DNA of 64,000 bases. It comes from Eledone cirrhosa. Its lineage: Eukaryota. The notes beneath the pieces are model-generated. The model was not told the DNA's origin, ran no database searches, and saw only the letters and a program-made list of their open reading frames with translations. The stretch covers positions 399,590,001 through 399,654,000 of the forward strand of contig OZ024740.1 in NCBI GenBank assembly GCA_964016885.1. The letters run 5' to 3'. The translations under genes and the position numbers were made by a program. Of this stretch, positions 28,241 through 42,599 are shown one piece after another (position 1 is the first letter of the stretch; every line of letters starts with the position of its first letter).

Positions 28241-31200
28241 TGTGACTCCTACACGACTACTTTACAGTGTGGGATGGGTGCTTTTTGTTGTGACTCCTAC
28301 ACGACCCCTTTACACTGTGGGCTGGGTGCTTTTTGTTGTGACTCCTACACGACCACTTTACACTCTGGGCTGGGTGCTTTTTGTTGGGACTCCTACACTA
28401 CCACTTTACACTGTGGGCTGGGTGCTTTTTGTTGGGACTCCTACACGACCACTTTACACTGTGGGATGGGTGCTTTTTGTTGTGACTCCTACACGACCAC
28501 TTTACACTGTGGGCTGGGTGCTTTTTGTTATGACTTCTACACGACCACTTTACAGTGTGGGCTCGGTGCTTTTTGTTGTGACTCCTACACGACCATTTTA
28601 CACTCTGGGCTGGGTGCTTTTTGTTGTGACTCCTACACGACCACTTTACAGTGTGGGCTCGGTGCTTTTTGTTGTGACTCCTACACGACCATTTTACACT
28701 CTGGGCTGGGTGCTTTTTGTTGTGACTCCTACACGACCACTTTACACTGTGGGCTGGGTGCTTTTTGTTGGGACTCCTACACGACCACTTTACACTCTGG
28801 GCTGGGTGCTTTTTGTTATGACTTCTACACGACCACTTTACAGTGTGGGCTCGGTGCTTTTTGTTGTGACTCCTACACGACCACTTTACACTCTGGGCTG
28901 GGTGCTTTTTGTTATGACTTCTACACGACCACTTTACAGTGTGGGCTCGGTGCTTTTTGTTGTGACTCCTACACGACCATTTTACACCCTGGGTTGGGTG
29001 CTTTTTGTTGGGACTCCTACACGACCACTTTACACTGTGGGCTGGGTGCTTTCTGTTGGGACTCCTACACGACCACTTTACACTCTGGGCTGGGTGCTTT
29101 TTGTTGTGACTCCTACACGACCACTTTACACTGTGGGCTGGGTGCTTTTTGTTGGGACTCCTACACGACCACTTTACACTCTGGGCTGGGTGCTTTTTGT
29201 TATGACTTCTACACGACCACTTTACAGTGTGGGCTCGGTGCTTTTTGTTGTGACTCCTACACGACCACTTTACACTCTGGGCTGGGTGCTTATTGTTGTG
29301 ACTCCTACACAACCACTTTACAGTGTGGGCTGGGTGCTCTTTGTTGTGACTCCTAAATGACCACTTTACAGTGGGATGGGTGCTTTTTGTTGTGACTCCT
29401 ACACGACCACTTTACACTGTGGGCTGGGTGCTTTTTGTTATGACTTCTACACGACCACTTTACAGTGTGGGCTCGGTGCTTTTTGTTGTGACTCCTACAC
29501 GACCACTTTACAGTGTGGGCTGGGTGCTTATTGTTGTGACTCCTACACAACCACTTTACACTGTGGGCTGGGTGCTTTTTGTTGTGACTCCTAAATGACC
29601 ACTTTACAGTGGGATGGGTGCTTTTTGTTGTGACTCCTACATGACCATTTTACAGTGTGGGCTGGGTGCTTTTTGTTTTGACTCCTACATGACCACTTTA
29701 CAGTGGGATGGGTGCTTTTTGTTGCGGCTCCTAAATGACCACTTTACAGTGGGATGGGTGCTTTTTGTTGTGACTCCTACACGACCACTTTACACTCTGG
29801 GCTGGGTGCTTTTTGTTATGACTTCTACACGACCACTTTACAGTGTGGGCTCGGTGCTTTTTGTTGTGACTCCTACACGACCACTTTACACTCTGGGCTG
29901 GGTGCTTATTGTTGTGACTCCTACACAACCACTTTCCAGTGTGGGCTGGGTGCTTTTTGTTGTGACTCCTAAATGACCACTTTACAGTGGGATGGGTGCT
30001 TTTTGTTGTGACTCCTACATGACCATTTTACAGTGTGGGCTGGGTGCTTTTTGTTTTGACTCCTACATGACCACTTTACAGTGGGATGGGTGCTTTTTGT
30101 TGCGACTCCTACACGACCACTTTACAGTGTGGGCTGGGTGCTTTTTTTTGTGACTCCTACACGACTACTTTACACTCTGGGCTGGGTGCTTTTTGTTGTG
30201 AATCCTACACGACCACTTTACACCGTGGGCTGGGTGCTTTTTGTTATGACTTCTACACGACCACTTTACACTGTGGGCTCGGTGCTTTTTGTTGTGACTC
30301 CTACACAACCACTTTACAGTGTGGGCTGCGTGCTTTTTGTTGTGAATCCTATACGACCACTTTACACTCTGGGCTGGGTGCTTTTTGTTATGACTTCTAT
30401 AAGACCACTTTACAGTGTGGGATGGGTGCTTTTTGTTGTGACTCCTACATGACCACTTTACAGTGTGGGCTGGGTGCTTTTTGTTTTGACTCCTACACAA
30501 CCACTTTACACTGTGGGCTGGGTGCTTTTTGTTATGATTTCTACATGACCACTTTACAGTGTGGGCTGGGTGCTTTTTGTTGTGACTCCTACATGACCAC
30601 TTTACAGTGTGGGATGGGTACTTTTTGTTGTGACTCCTACACGACCACTCTACAGTGTGGGCTGGGTGCTTTTTGTTGTGACACCTACACGACCACTTTA
30701 CACTCTGGGCTGGGTGCTTTTTGTTGGGACTCCTACACGACCACTTTACACTCTGGGCTGGGTGCTTTTTGTTGTGACTCCTACACGACCACTTTACACC
30801 GTGGTCTGGGTGCTTTTTGTTATGACTTCTACACGACCACTTTACAGTGTGGGCTCGGTGCTTTTTGTTGGGACTCCTACACGACCACTTTAAACTCTCG
30901 GCTGGGTGCTTTTTGTTATGACTTCTATACGACCACTTTACAGTGTGGGATGGGTGCTTTTTGTTGGGACTCCTAAATGACCACTTTACACTGTGGGCTG
31001 GGTGCTTTTTGTTGTGACTCCTACACGACCACTTTACAATGTGGGCTGGGTGCTTTTTGTTGTGACTCCTACACGACCACTTTACACTGTGGGCTCGGTG
31101 CTTTTTATTGTGACTCCTACACGACTACATTACAGTGTGGGATGGGTGCTTTTTGTTGTAATTCCTACACGACCCCTTTACACTGTGGGCTGGGTGCTTT

Positions 31201-34200
31201 TTGTTGTGACTCCTACACGACCACTTTACACTCTGGGCTGGGTGCTTTTTGTTGGGACTCCTACACGACCACTTTACACTGTGGGATGGGTGCTTTTTGT
31301 TGTGACTCCTACACGACCACTTTACACTCTGGGCTGGGTGCTTTTTGTTGTGACTCCTACACGACCACTTTACAGTGTGGGCTGGGTGCTTTTTTTTGTG
31401 ACTCCTACACGACTACTTTACAGTGTGGGATGGGTGCTTTTTGTTGTGACTCCTACACGACCACTTTACACTCTGGGCTGGGTGCTTTTTGTTATGACTT
31501 CTACATGACCACTTTACAGTGTGGACTGGGTGCTTTTTGTTGTGACTCCTACACGACCACTTTACAGTGTGGGCTGGGTGCTTTTTTTTCTGACTCCTAC
31601 ACGACTACTTTACAGTGTGGGATGGGTGCTTTTTGTTGTGACTCCTACACGACCACTTTACACTCTGGGCTGCGTGCTTTTTGTTGGGACTCCTACACGA
31701 CCACTTTACACTGTGGGCTGGGTGATTTTTGTTATGACTTCTACACGACCACTTTACAGTGTGGGCTAGGTGCTTTTTGTTGTGACTCCTACACGACCAC
31801 TTTACACTGTGGGCTGGGTGCTTATTGTTGTGACTCCTACACAACCACTTTACAGTGTGGGCTGGGTGCTTTTTGTTGTGACACCTAAATGACCACTTTA
31901 CAGTGGGATGGGTGCTTTTTGTTGTGACTCCTACACGACCATTTTACAGTGTGGGCTGGGTGCTTTTTTTTGTGACTCTTACACGACTACTTTACACTCT
32001 GGGCTGGGTGCTTTTTGTTGTGACTCCTACATGACCACTTTACACCGTGGGCTGGGTGCTTTTTGTTATGACTTCTACACGACCACTTTACACTGTGGGC
32101 TCGGTGCTTTTTGTTGTGACTCCTACACAACCACTTTACAGTGTGGGCTGCGTGCTTTTTGCTGTGAATCCTACACGAACACTTTACACTCTGGGCTGGG
32201 TGCTTTTTGTTATGACTTCAATACGACCACTTTACAGTGTGGGATGGGTGCTTTTTGTTGTGACTCCTAAATGACCACTTTACACTGTGGGCTGGGTGCT
32301 TTTTGTTGTGACTCCTACACGACCACTTTACACTGTGGGCTGGGTGCTTTTTGTTATGACTTCTATACGACCACTTTACACTGTGGCCTCGGTGCTTTTT
32401 ATTGTGACTCCTACACGACTACTTTACAGTGTGGGATGGGTGCTTTTTGTTGTGACTCCTACACGACCACTTTACACTCTGGGCTGGGTGCTTTTTGTTG
32501 TGACTCCTACACGACCACTTTACACTCTGGGCTGGGTGCTTTTTGTTGGGACTCCTACACGACCACTTTACACTGTGGGATGGGTGCTTTTTGTTGTGAC
32601 TCCTACACGACCACTTTACACTCTGGGCTGGGTGCTTTTTGTTGGGACTCCTACACGACCACTTTAGACTGTGGGCTGGGTGCTTTTTGTTGGGACTCCT
32701 ACACGACCAATTTACACTCTGGGTTGGGTGCTTTTTGTTGGGACTCCTACACGACCACTTTACACTCTGGGCTGGGTGCTTTTTGTTGGGACTCCTACAC
32801 GACCACTTTACACTGTGGGCTGGGTGCTTTCTGTTGGGACTCCTACACGACCACATTACACTGTGGGCTGGGTGCTTTTTGTTGGGACTCCTACACGACC
32901 ACTTTACACTCTGGGCTGGGTGCTTTTTGTTGACTTCTACATGACCACTTTACAGTGTGGCTCGGTGCCTTTTGTTGTGACTCCTACACGACCACTTTAC
33001 ACTCTGGGCTGGGTGCTTTTTGTTGTGACTCCTACACGACTACTTTACAGTGTGGGATGGGTGCTTTTTGTTGTGACTCCTACACGACCACTTTACACTC
33101 TGGGCTGGGTGCTTTTTGTTGGGACTCCTACACGACCACATTACACTGTGGGCTGGGTGCTTTTTGTTATGACTTCTACACGACCACTTTACAGTGTGGG
33201 CTGGGTGCTTTTTGTTGTGACTCATACACAACCACTTTACAGTGTGGGCTGGGTGCTTTTTGTTGTGACTTCTACATGACCACTTTACAGTGTGGCTCGG
33301 TGCCTTTTGTTGTGACTCCTACACGACCACTTTACACTCTGGGCTGGGTGCTTTTTGTTGTGACTCCTACACAACGACTTTACAGTGTGGGCTGGGTGCT
33401 TTTTGCTGTGACTCCTAAATGACCACTTTACAGTGGGATGGGTGCTTTTTGTTGTGACTCCTACACGACCAATTTACAGTGTGGGCTGGGTGCTTTTTGT
33501 TTTCACTCCAACATGACCACTTTACAGTGGGATGGGTGCTTTTTGTTGGGACTCCTACACGACCACTTTACACTGTGGGCTGGGTGATTTTTGTTATGAC
33601 TTCTACACGACCACTTTACAGTGTGGGCTAGGTGCTTTTTGTTGTGACTCCTACACGACCACTTTACACTCTGGGCTGGGTGCTTATTGTTGTGACTCCT
33701 ACACAACCACTTTACAGTGTGGGCTGGGTGCTTTTTGTTGTGACTCCTAAATGACCACTTTACAGTGGGATGGGTGCTTTTTGTTGTGACTCCTACACGA
33801 CCACTTTACACTCTGGGCTGGGTGCTTTTTGTTGGGACTCCTACACGACCACATTACACTGTGGGCTGGGTGCTTTTTGTTATGACTTCTACACGACCAC
33901 TTTACAGTGTGGGCTGGGTGCTTTTTGTTGTGACTCATACACAACCACTTTACAGTGTGGGCTGGGTGCTTTTTGTTGTGACTTCTACATGACCACTTTA
34001 CAGTGTGGCTCGGTGCCTTTTGTTGTGACTCCTACACGACCACTTTACACTCTGGGCTGGGTGCTTTTTGTTGTGACTCCTACACAACGACTTTACAGTG
34101 TGGGCTGGGTGCTTTTTGTTGTGACTCCTAAATGACCACTTTACAGTGGGATGGGTGCTTTTTGTTGTGACTCCTACACGACCAATTTACAGTGTGGGCT

Positions 34201-37200
34201 GGGTGCTTTTTGTTTTCACTCCAACATGACCACTTTACAGTGGGATGGGTGCTTTTTGTTGCGACTCCTACACGACCACTTTACAGTGTGGGCTGGGTGC
34301 TTTTTTTTGTGACTCCTACACGACTACTTTACAGTGTGGGATGGGTGCTTTTTGTTGTGACTCCTACACGACCACTTTACACTCTGGGCTGGGTGCTTTT
34401 TGTTGGGACTCCTACACGACCACTTTACACTCTGGGCTGGGTACTTTTTGTTGTGACTCCTACACGACCACTTTACACCGTGGGCTGGGTGCTTTTTGTT
34501 ATGACTTCTACACGACCACTTTACAGTGTGGGCTCGGTGCTTTTTGTTGGGACTCCTACACGACCACTTTACACTCTGGGCTGGGTGCTTTTTGTTATGA
34601 CTTCTATACGACCACTTTACAGTGTAGGATCGGTGCTTTTTGTTGTGACTCCTAAATGACCACTTTACACTGTGGGCTGGGTGCTTTTTGTTGTGACTCC
34701 TACACGACCACTTTATACTGTGGGCTGGGTGCTTTTTGTTATGACTTCTACACGACCACTTTACACTGTGGGCTCGGTGCTTTTCATTGTGACTCCTACA
34801 CGACTACTTTACAGTGTGGGATGGGTGCTTTTTGTTGTGACTCCTACACGACCACTTTACAGTGTGGACAGGGTGCTTTTTTTTGTGACACCTACATGAC
34901 TACTTTACACTGTGGGATGGGTGCTTTTTGTTGTGACTCCTACACGACCACTTTACACTCTGGGCTGGGTGCTTTTTGTTGTGACTCCTACACGACCACT
35001 TTACACTGTGGGCTGGGTGCTTTTTGTTATGACTTCTACACGACCACTTTACAGTGTGGGCTCGGTGCTTTTTGTTGTGACTCCTACACGACCACTTTAC
35101 ACTGTGGGCTGGGTGCTTTTTGTTGGGACTCCTACACGACCACTTTACACCCTGGGTTGGGTGCTTTTTGTTGGGACTCCTACACGACCACTTTACACTG
35201 TGGGCTGGGTGCTTTCTGTTGGGACTCCTACACGACCACTTTACACTCTGGGCTGGGTGCTTTCTGTTGGGACTCCTACACGACCACTTTACACTGTGGG
35301 CTGGGTGCTTTTTGTTGGGACTCCTACACGACCACTTTACACTGTGGGCTGGGTGCTTTTTGTTGGGACTCCTACACGACCACTTTACACCCTGGGTTGG
35401 GTGCTTTTTGTTGGGACTCCTACACGACCACTTTACACTGTGGGCTGGGTGCTTTTTGTTATGACTTCTACACGACCACTTTACAGTGTGGGCTCGGTGC
35501 TTTTTGTTGTGACTCCTACACGACCACTTTACACTCTGGGCTGGGTGCTTATTGTTGTGACTCCTACACAACCACTTTACACTGTGGGCTGGGTGCTTTC
35601 TGTTGGGACTCCTACACGACCACTTTACACTCTGGGCTGGGTGCTTTTTGTTGGGACTCCTACACGACCACTTTAGACTCTGGGCTGGGTGCTTTTTGCT
35701 GACTTCTACATGACCACTTTACAGTGTGGGCTCGGTGCTTTTTGTTGTGACTCCTACACGACCACTTTACACTCTGGGCTGGGTGCTTATTGTTGTGACT
35801 CCTACACAACCACTTTCCAGTGTGGGCTGGGTGCTCTTTGTTGTGACTCCTAAATGACCACTTTACAGTGGGATGGGTGCTTTTTGTTGTGACTCCTACA
35901 TGACCATTTTACAGTGTGGGCTGGGTGCTTTTTGTTTTGACTCCTACATGACCACTTTACAGTGGGATGGGTGCTTTTTGTTGCGACTCCTAAATGACCA
36001 CTTTACAGTGGGATGGGTGCTTTTTGTTGTGACTCCTACACGACCACTTTACACTCTGGGCTGGGTGCTTTTTTTTATGACTACTACACGACCACTTTAC
36101 AGTGTGGGCTCGGTGCTTTTTGTTGTGACTCCTACACGACCACTTTACACTCTGGGCTGGGTGCTTATTGTTGTGACTCCTACACAACCACTTTCCAGTG
36201 TGGGCTGGGTGCTTTTTGTTGTGACTCCTAAATGACCACTTTACAGTGGGATGGGTGCTTTTTGTTGTGACTCCTACATGACCATTTTACAGTGTGGGCT
36301 GGGTGCTTTTTGTTTTGACTCCTACATGACCACTTTACAGTGGGATGGGTGCTTTTTGTTGCGACTCCTACACGACCACTTTACAGTGTGGGCTGGGTGC
36401 TTTTTTTTGTGACTCCTACACGACTACTTTACACTCTGGGCTGGGTGCTTTTTGTTGTGAATCCTACACGACCACTTTACACCGTGGGCTGGGTGCTTTT
36501 TGTTATGACTTCTACACGACCACTTTACACTGTCGGCTCGGTGCTTTTTGTTGTGACTCCTACACAACCACTTTACAGTGTGGGCTGGGTGCTTTTTTGT
36601 TGTGAATCCTACACGACCACTTTACACTCTGGGCTGGGTGCTTTTTGTTGTGACTCCTACACGACCACTTTACACTGTGGGCTGGGTGCTTTTTGTTGGG
36701 ACTCCTACACGACCACTTTACACTGTGGGCTGGGTGCTTTTTGTTGGGACTCCTACACGACCACTTTACACCCTGGGTTGGGTGCTTTTTGTTGGGACTC
36801 CTACACGACCACTTTACACTGTGGGCTGGGTGCTTTCTGTTGGGACTCCTACACGACCACTTTACACTCTGGGCTGGGTACTTTTTGTTGTGACACCTAC
36901 ACGACCACTTTACACTGTGGGCTGGGTGCTTTTTGTTGGGACTCCTACACGACCACTTTACACTCTGGGCTGGGTGCTTTTTGTTATGACTTCTACACGA
37001 CCACTTTACAGTGTGGGCTCGGTGCTTTTTGTTGTGACTCCTACACGACCACTTTACACTCTGGGCTGGGTGCTTATTGTTGTGACTCCTACACAACCAC
37101 TTTACACTGTGGGCTGGGTGCTTTCTGTTGGGACTCCTACACGACCACTTTACACTCTGGGCTGGGTGCTTTTTGTTGGGACTCCTACACGACCACTTTA

Positions 37201-40200
37201 GACTCTGGGCTGGGTGCTTTTTGTTGACTTCTACATGACCACTTTACAGTGTGGGCTCGGTGCTTTTTGTTGTGACTCCTACACGACCACTTTACACTCT
37301 GGGCTGGGTGCTTATTGTTGTGACTCCTACACAACCACTTTCCAGTGTGGGCTGGGTGCTTTTTGTTGTGACTCCTAAATGACCACTTTACAGTGGGATG
37401 GGTGCTTTTTGTTGTGACTCCTACATGACCATTTTACAGTGTGGGCTGGGTGCTTTTTGTTTTGACTCCTACATGACCACTTTACAGTGGGATGGGTGCT
37501 TTTTGTTGCGACTCCTAAATGACCACTTTACAGTGGGATGGGTGCTTTTTGTTGTGACTCCTACACGACCACTTTACACTCTGGGCTGGGTGCTTTTTGT
37601 TATGACTTCTACACGACCACTTTACAGTGTGGGCTCGGTGCTTTTTGTTGTGACTCCTACACGACCACTTTACACTCTGGGCTGGGTGCTTATTGTTGTG
37701 ACTCCTACACAACCACTTTCCAGTGTGGGCTGGGTACTTTTTGTTGTGACCACTAAATGACCACTTTACAGTGGGATGGGTGCTTTTTGTTGTGACTCCT
37801 ACATGACCATTTTACAGTGTGGGCTGGGTGCTTTTTGTTTTGACTCCTACATGACCACTTTACAGTGGGATGGGTGCTTTTTGTTGCGACTCCTACACGA
37901 CCACTTTACAGTGTGGGCTGGGTGCTTTTTTTTGTGACTCCTACACGATTACTTTACACTCTGGGCTGGGTGCTTTTTGTTGTGACTCCTACACGACCAC
38001 TTTACACTCTGGGCTGGGTGCTTTTTGTTGTGACTTCTACACGACCACTTTACACTGTGGGCTGGGTGCTTTTTGTTATGACTTCTACACGACCACTTTA
38101 CACTGTCGGCTCGGTGCTTTTTGTTGTGACTCCTACACAACCACTTTACAGTGTGGGCTGGGTTCTTTTTTTTTGTGAATCCTACACGACCACTTTACAC
38201 TCTGGGCTGGGTGCTTTTTGTTATGACTTCTATAAGACCACTTTACAGTGTGGGATGGGTGCTTTTTGTTGTGACTCCTACATGACCACTTTACAGTGTG
38301 GGCTGGGTGCTTTTTGTTGTGACTCCTACACGACCACTTTACACTGTGGGCTGGGTGCTTTTTGTTGATTTCTACATGACCACTTTACAGTGTGGGCTGG
38401 CTGCTTTTTGTTGTGACTCCTACATGACCACTTTACAGTGTGGGATGGGTACTTTTTGTTGTGACTCCTACACTACCACTTTACACTCTGGGCTGGGTGC
38501 TTATAGTTGTGACTCCTACACGACCACTTTACACTCTGGGCTGGGTGCTTTTTATTGTGACTCCTACACGACTACTTTACAGTGTGGGATGGGTGCTTTT
38601 TGTTGTGACTCCTACACGACCCCTTTACACTGTGGGCTGGGTGCTTTTTGTTGTGACTCCTACACGACCACTTTACACTCTGGGCTGGGTGCTTTTTGTT
38701 GGGACTCCTACATGACCACTTTACAGTGGGCTAGGTGCTTTTTGTTATGACTTCTACACGACCACTTTACAGTGTGGGCTCGGTGCTTTTTGTTGTGACT
38801 CCTACACGACCATTTTACACTCTGGGCTGGGTGCTTTTTGTTGGGACTCCTACACGACCACTTTACACTCTGGGCTGGGTGCTTTTTGTTGGGACTCCTA
38901 CACGACCACTTTACACTGTGGGCTGGGTGCTTTTTGTTGGGACTCCTACACGACCACTTTACACTGTGGGCTGGGTGCTTTCTGTTGGGACTCCTACACG
39001 ACCACTTTACACTGTGGGCTGGGTGCTTTCTGTTGGGACTCCTACACGATCACTTTACAGTGTGGGCTGGGTGCTTTTTGTTGGGACTCCTACACGACCA
39101 CTTTACACTGTGGGCTGGGTGCTTTCTGTTGGGACTCCTACACGACCACTTTACACTGTGGGCTGGGTGCTTTTTGTTGGGACTCCTACACGACCACTTT
39201 ACACTGTGGGCTGGGTGCTTTTTGTTGGGACTCCTACACGACCACTTTACACTGTGGGCTGGGTGCTTTCTGTTGGGACTCCTACACGACCACTTTACAC
39301 TGTGGGCTGGGTGCTTTTTGTTGGGACTCCTACACGACCACTTTACACTGTGGGCTGGGTGCTTTCTGTTGGGACTCCTACACGACCACTTTACACTGTG
39401 GGCTGGGTGCTTTTTGTTGGGACTCCTACACGACCACTTTACACTGTGGGCTGGGTGCTTTTTGTTGGGACTCCTACACGACCACTTTACACTGTGGGCT
39501 GGGTGCTTTCTGTTGGGACTCCTACACGACCACTTTACACTGTGGGCTGGGTGCTTTTTGTTGGGACTCCTACACGACCACTTTACACTGTGGGCTGGGT
39601 GCTTTTTGTTGGGACTCCTACACGACCACTTTACACTCTGGGCTGGGTGCTTTTTGTTGGGACTCCTACACGACCACTTTACACTGTGGGCTGGGTGCTT
39701 TTTGTTGGGACTCCTACACGACCACTTTACACTCTGGGCTGGGTGCTTTTTGTTATGACTTCTACACGACCACTTTACAGTGTGGGCTCGGTGCTTTTTG
39801 TTGTGACTCCTACACGACCACTTTACACTCTGGGCTGGGTGCTTATTGTTGTGACTCCTACACGACCACTTTACACTGTGGGCTGGGTGCTTTCTGTTGT
39901 GACTCCTACACAACCACTTTCCAGTGTGGGCTGGGTGCTTTTTGTTGTGACTCCTAAATGACCACTTTACAGTGGGATGGGTGCTTTTTGTTGTGACTCC
40001 TACATGACCATTTTACACTCTGGGCTGGGTGCTTTTTGTTGTGACTCCTACATGACCACTTTACAGTGGGATGGGTGCTTTTTGTTGCGACTCCTAAATG
40101 ACCACTTTACAGTGGGATGGGTGCTTTTTGTTGTGACTCCTACACGACCACTTTACACTGTGGGCTGGGTGCTTTTTGTTATGACTTCTACACGACCACT

Positions 40201-42599
40201 TTACACTGTGGGCTCGGTGCTTTTTATTGTGACTCCTACACGACTACTTTACAGTGTGGGATGGGTGCTTTTTGTTGTGACTCCTACACGACCCCTTTAC
40301 ACTGTGGGCTGGGTGCTTTTTGTGATGACTTCTACACGACCACTTTACAGTGTGGGCTCGGTGCTTTTTATTGTGACTCCTACACGACTACTTTACAGTG
40401 TGGGATGGGTGCTTTTTGTTGTGACTCCTACACGACCCCTTTACACTGTGGGCTGGGTGCTTTTTGTTGTGACTCCTACACAACCACTTTCCAGTGTGGG
40501 CTGGGTGCTTTTTGTTGTGACTCCTAAATGACCACTTTACAGTGGGATGGGTGCTTTTTGTTGTGACTCCTACATGACCATTTTACAGTGTGGGCTCGGT
40601 GCTTTTTGTTGTGACTCCTACACGACCATTTTACACTCTGGGCTGGGTGCTTTTTGTTGTGACTCCTACATGACCACTTTACAGTGGGATGGGTGCTTTT
40701 TGTTGCGACTCCTAAATGACCACTTTACAGTGGGATGGGTGCTTTTTGTTGTGACTCCTACACGACCACTTTACACTGTGGGCTGGGTGCTTTTTGTTAT
40801 GACTTCTACACGACCACTTTACACTGTGGGCTCGGTGCTTTTTATTGTGACTCCTACACGACTACTTTACAGTGTGGGATGGGTGCTTTTTGTTGTGACT
40901 CCTACACGACCCCTTTACACTGTGGGCTGGGTGCTTTTTGTTGTGACTCCTACACGACCACTTTACACTCTGGGCTGGGTGCTTTTTGTTGGGACTCCTA
41001 CACTACCACTTTACACTGTGGGCTGGGTGCTTTTTGTTGGGACTCCTACACGACCACTTTACACTGTGGGATGGGTGCTTTTTGTTGTGACTCCTACACG
41101 ACCACTTTACACTCTGGGCTGGGTGCTTTTTGTTGGGACTCCTACACGACCACTTTACACTGTGGGCTGGGTGCTTTTTGTTGTGACTCCTACACGACCA
41201 TTTTACACTCTGGGCTGGGTGCTTTTTGTTGTGACTCCTACACGACCACTTTACACTGTGGGCTGGGTGCTTTTTGTTGGGACTCCTACACGACCACTTT
41301 ACACCCTGGGTTGGGTGCTTTTTATTGGGACTCCTACACGACCACTTTACACTGTGGGCTGGGTGCTTTCTGTTGGGACTCCTACACGACCACTTTACAC
41401 TCTGGGCTGGGTGCTTTTTGTTGGGACTCCTACACGACCACTTTACACTGTGGGCTGGGTGCTTTTTGTTGGGACTCCTACACGACCACTTTACACCCTG
41501 GGTTGGGTGCCTTTTGTTGGGACTCCTACACGACCACTTTACACTGTGGGCTGGGTGCTTTCTGTTGGGACTCCTACACGACCACTTTACACTCTGGGCT
41601 GGGTGCTTTTTGTTGTGACTCCTACACGACCACTTTACACTGTGGGCTGGGTGCTTTTTGTTGGGACTCCTACACGACCACTTTACACTCTGGGCTGGGT
41701 GCTTTTTGTTATGACTTCTACACGACCACTTTACAGTGTGGGCTCGGTGCTTTTTGTTGTGACTCCTACACGACCACTTTACACTCTGGGCTGGGTGCTT
41801 TTTGTTGTGACTCCTACACAACCACTTTACAGTGTGGGCTGGGTGCTCTTTGTTGTCACTCCTAAATGACCACTTTACAGTGGGATGGGTGCTTTTTGTT
41901 GTGACTCCTACACGACCACTTTACACTGTGGGCTGGGTGCTTTTTGTTGGGACTCCTACACGACCACTTTACACTCTGGGCTGGGTGCTTTTTGTTATGA
42001 CTTCTACACGACCACTTTACAGTGTGGGCTCGGTGCTTTTTGTTGTGACTCCTACACGACCACTTTACACTCTGGGCTGGGTGCTTATTGTTGTGACTCC
42101 TACACAACCACTTTACAGTGTGGGCTGGGTGCTCTTTGTTGTCACTCCTAAATGACCACTTTACAGTGGGATGGGTGCTTTTTGTTGTGACTCCTACACG
42201 ACCACTTTACACTGTGGGCTGGGTGCTTTTTGTTATGACTTCTACACGACCACTTTACAGTGTGGGCTCGGTGCTTTTTGTTGTGACTCCTACACGACCA
42301 CTTTACACTCTGGGCTGGGTGCTTATTGTTGTGACTCCTACACAACCACTTTACACTGTGGGCTGGGTGCTTTCTGTTGGGACTCCTACACGACCACTTT
42401 ACACTCTGGGCTGGGTGCTTTTTGTTGGGACTCCTACACGACCACTTTAGACTCTGGGCTGGGTGCTTTTTGTTGACTTCTACATGACCACTTTACAGTG
42501 TGGGCTCGGTGCTTTTTGTTGTGACTCCTACACGACCACTTTACACTCTGGGCTGGGTGCTTATTGTTGTGACTCCTACACAACCACTTTCCAGTGTGG

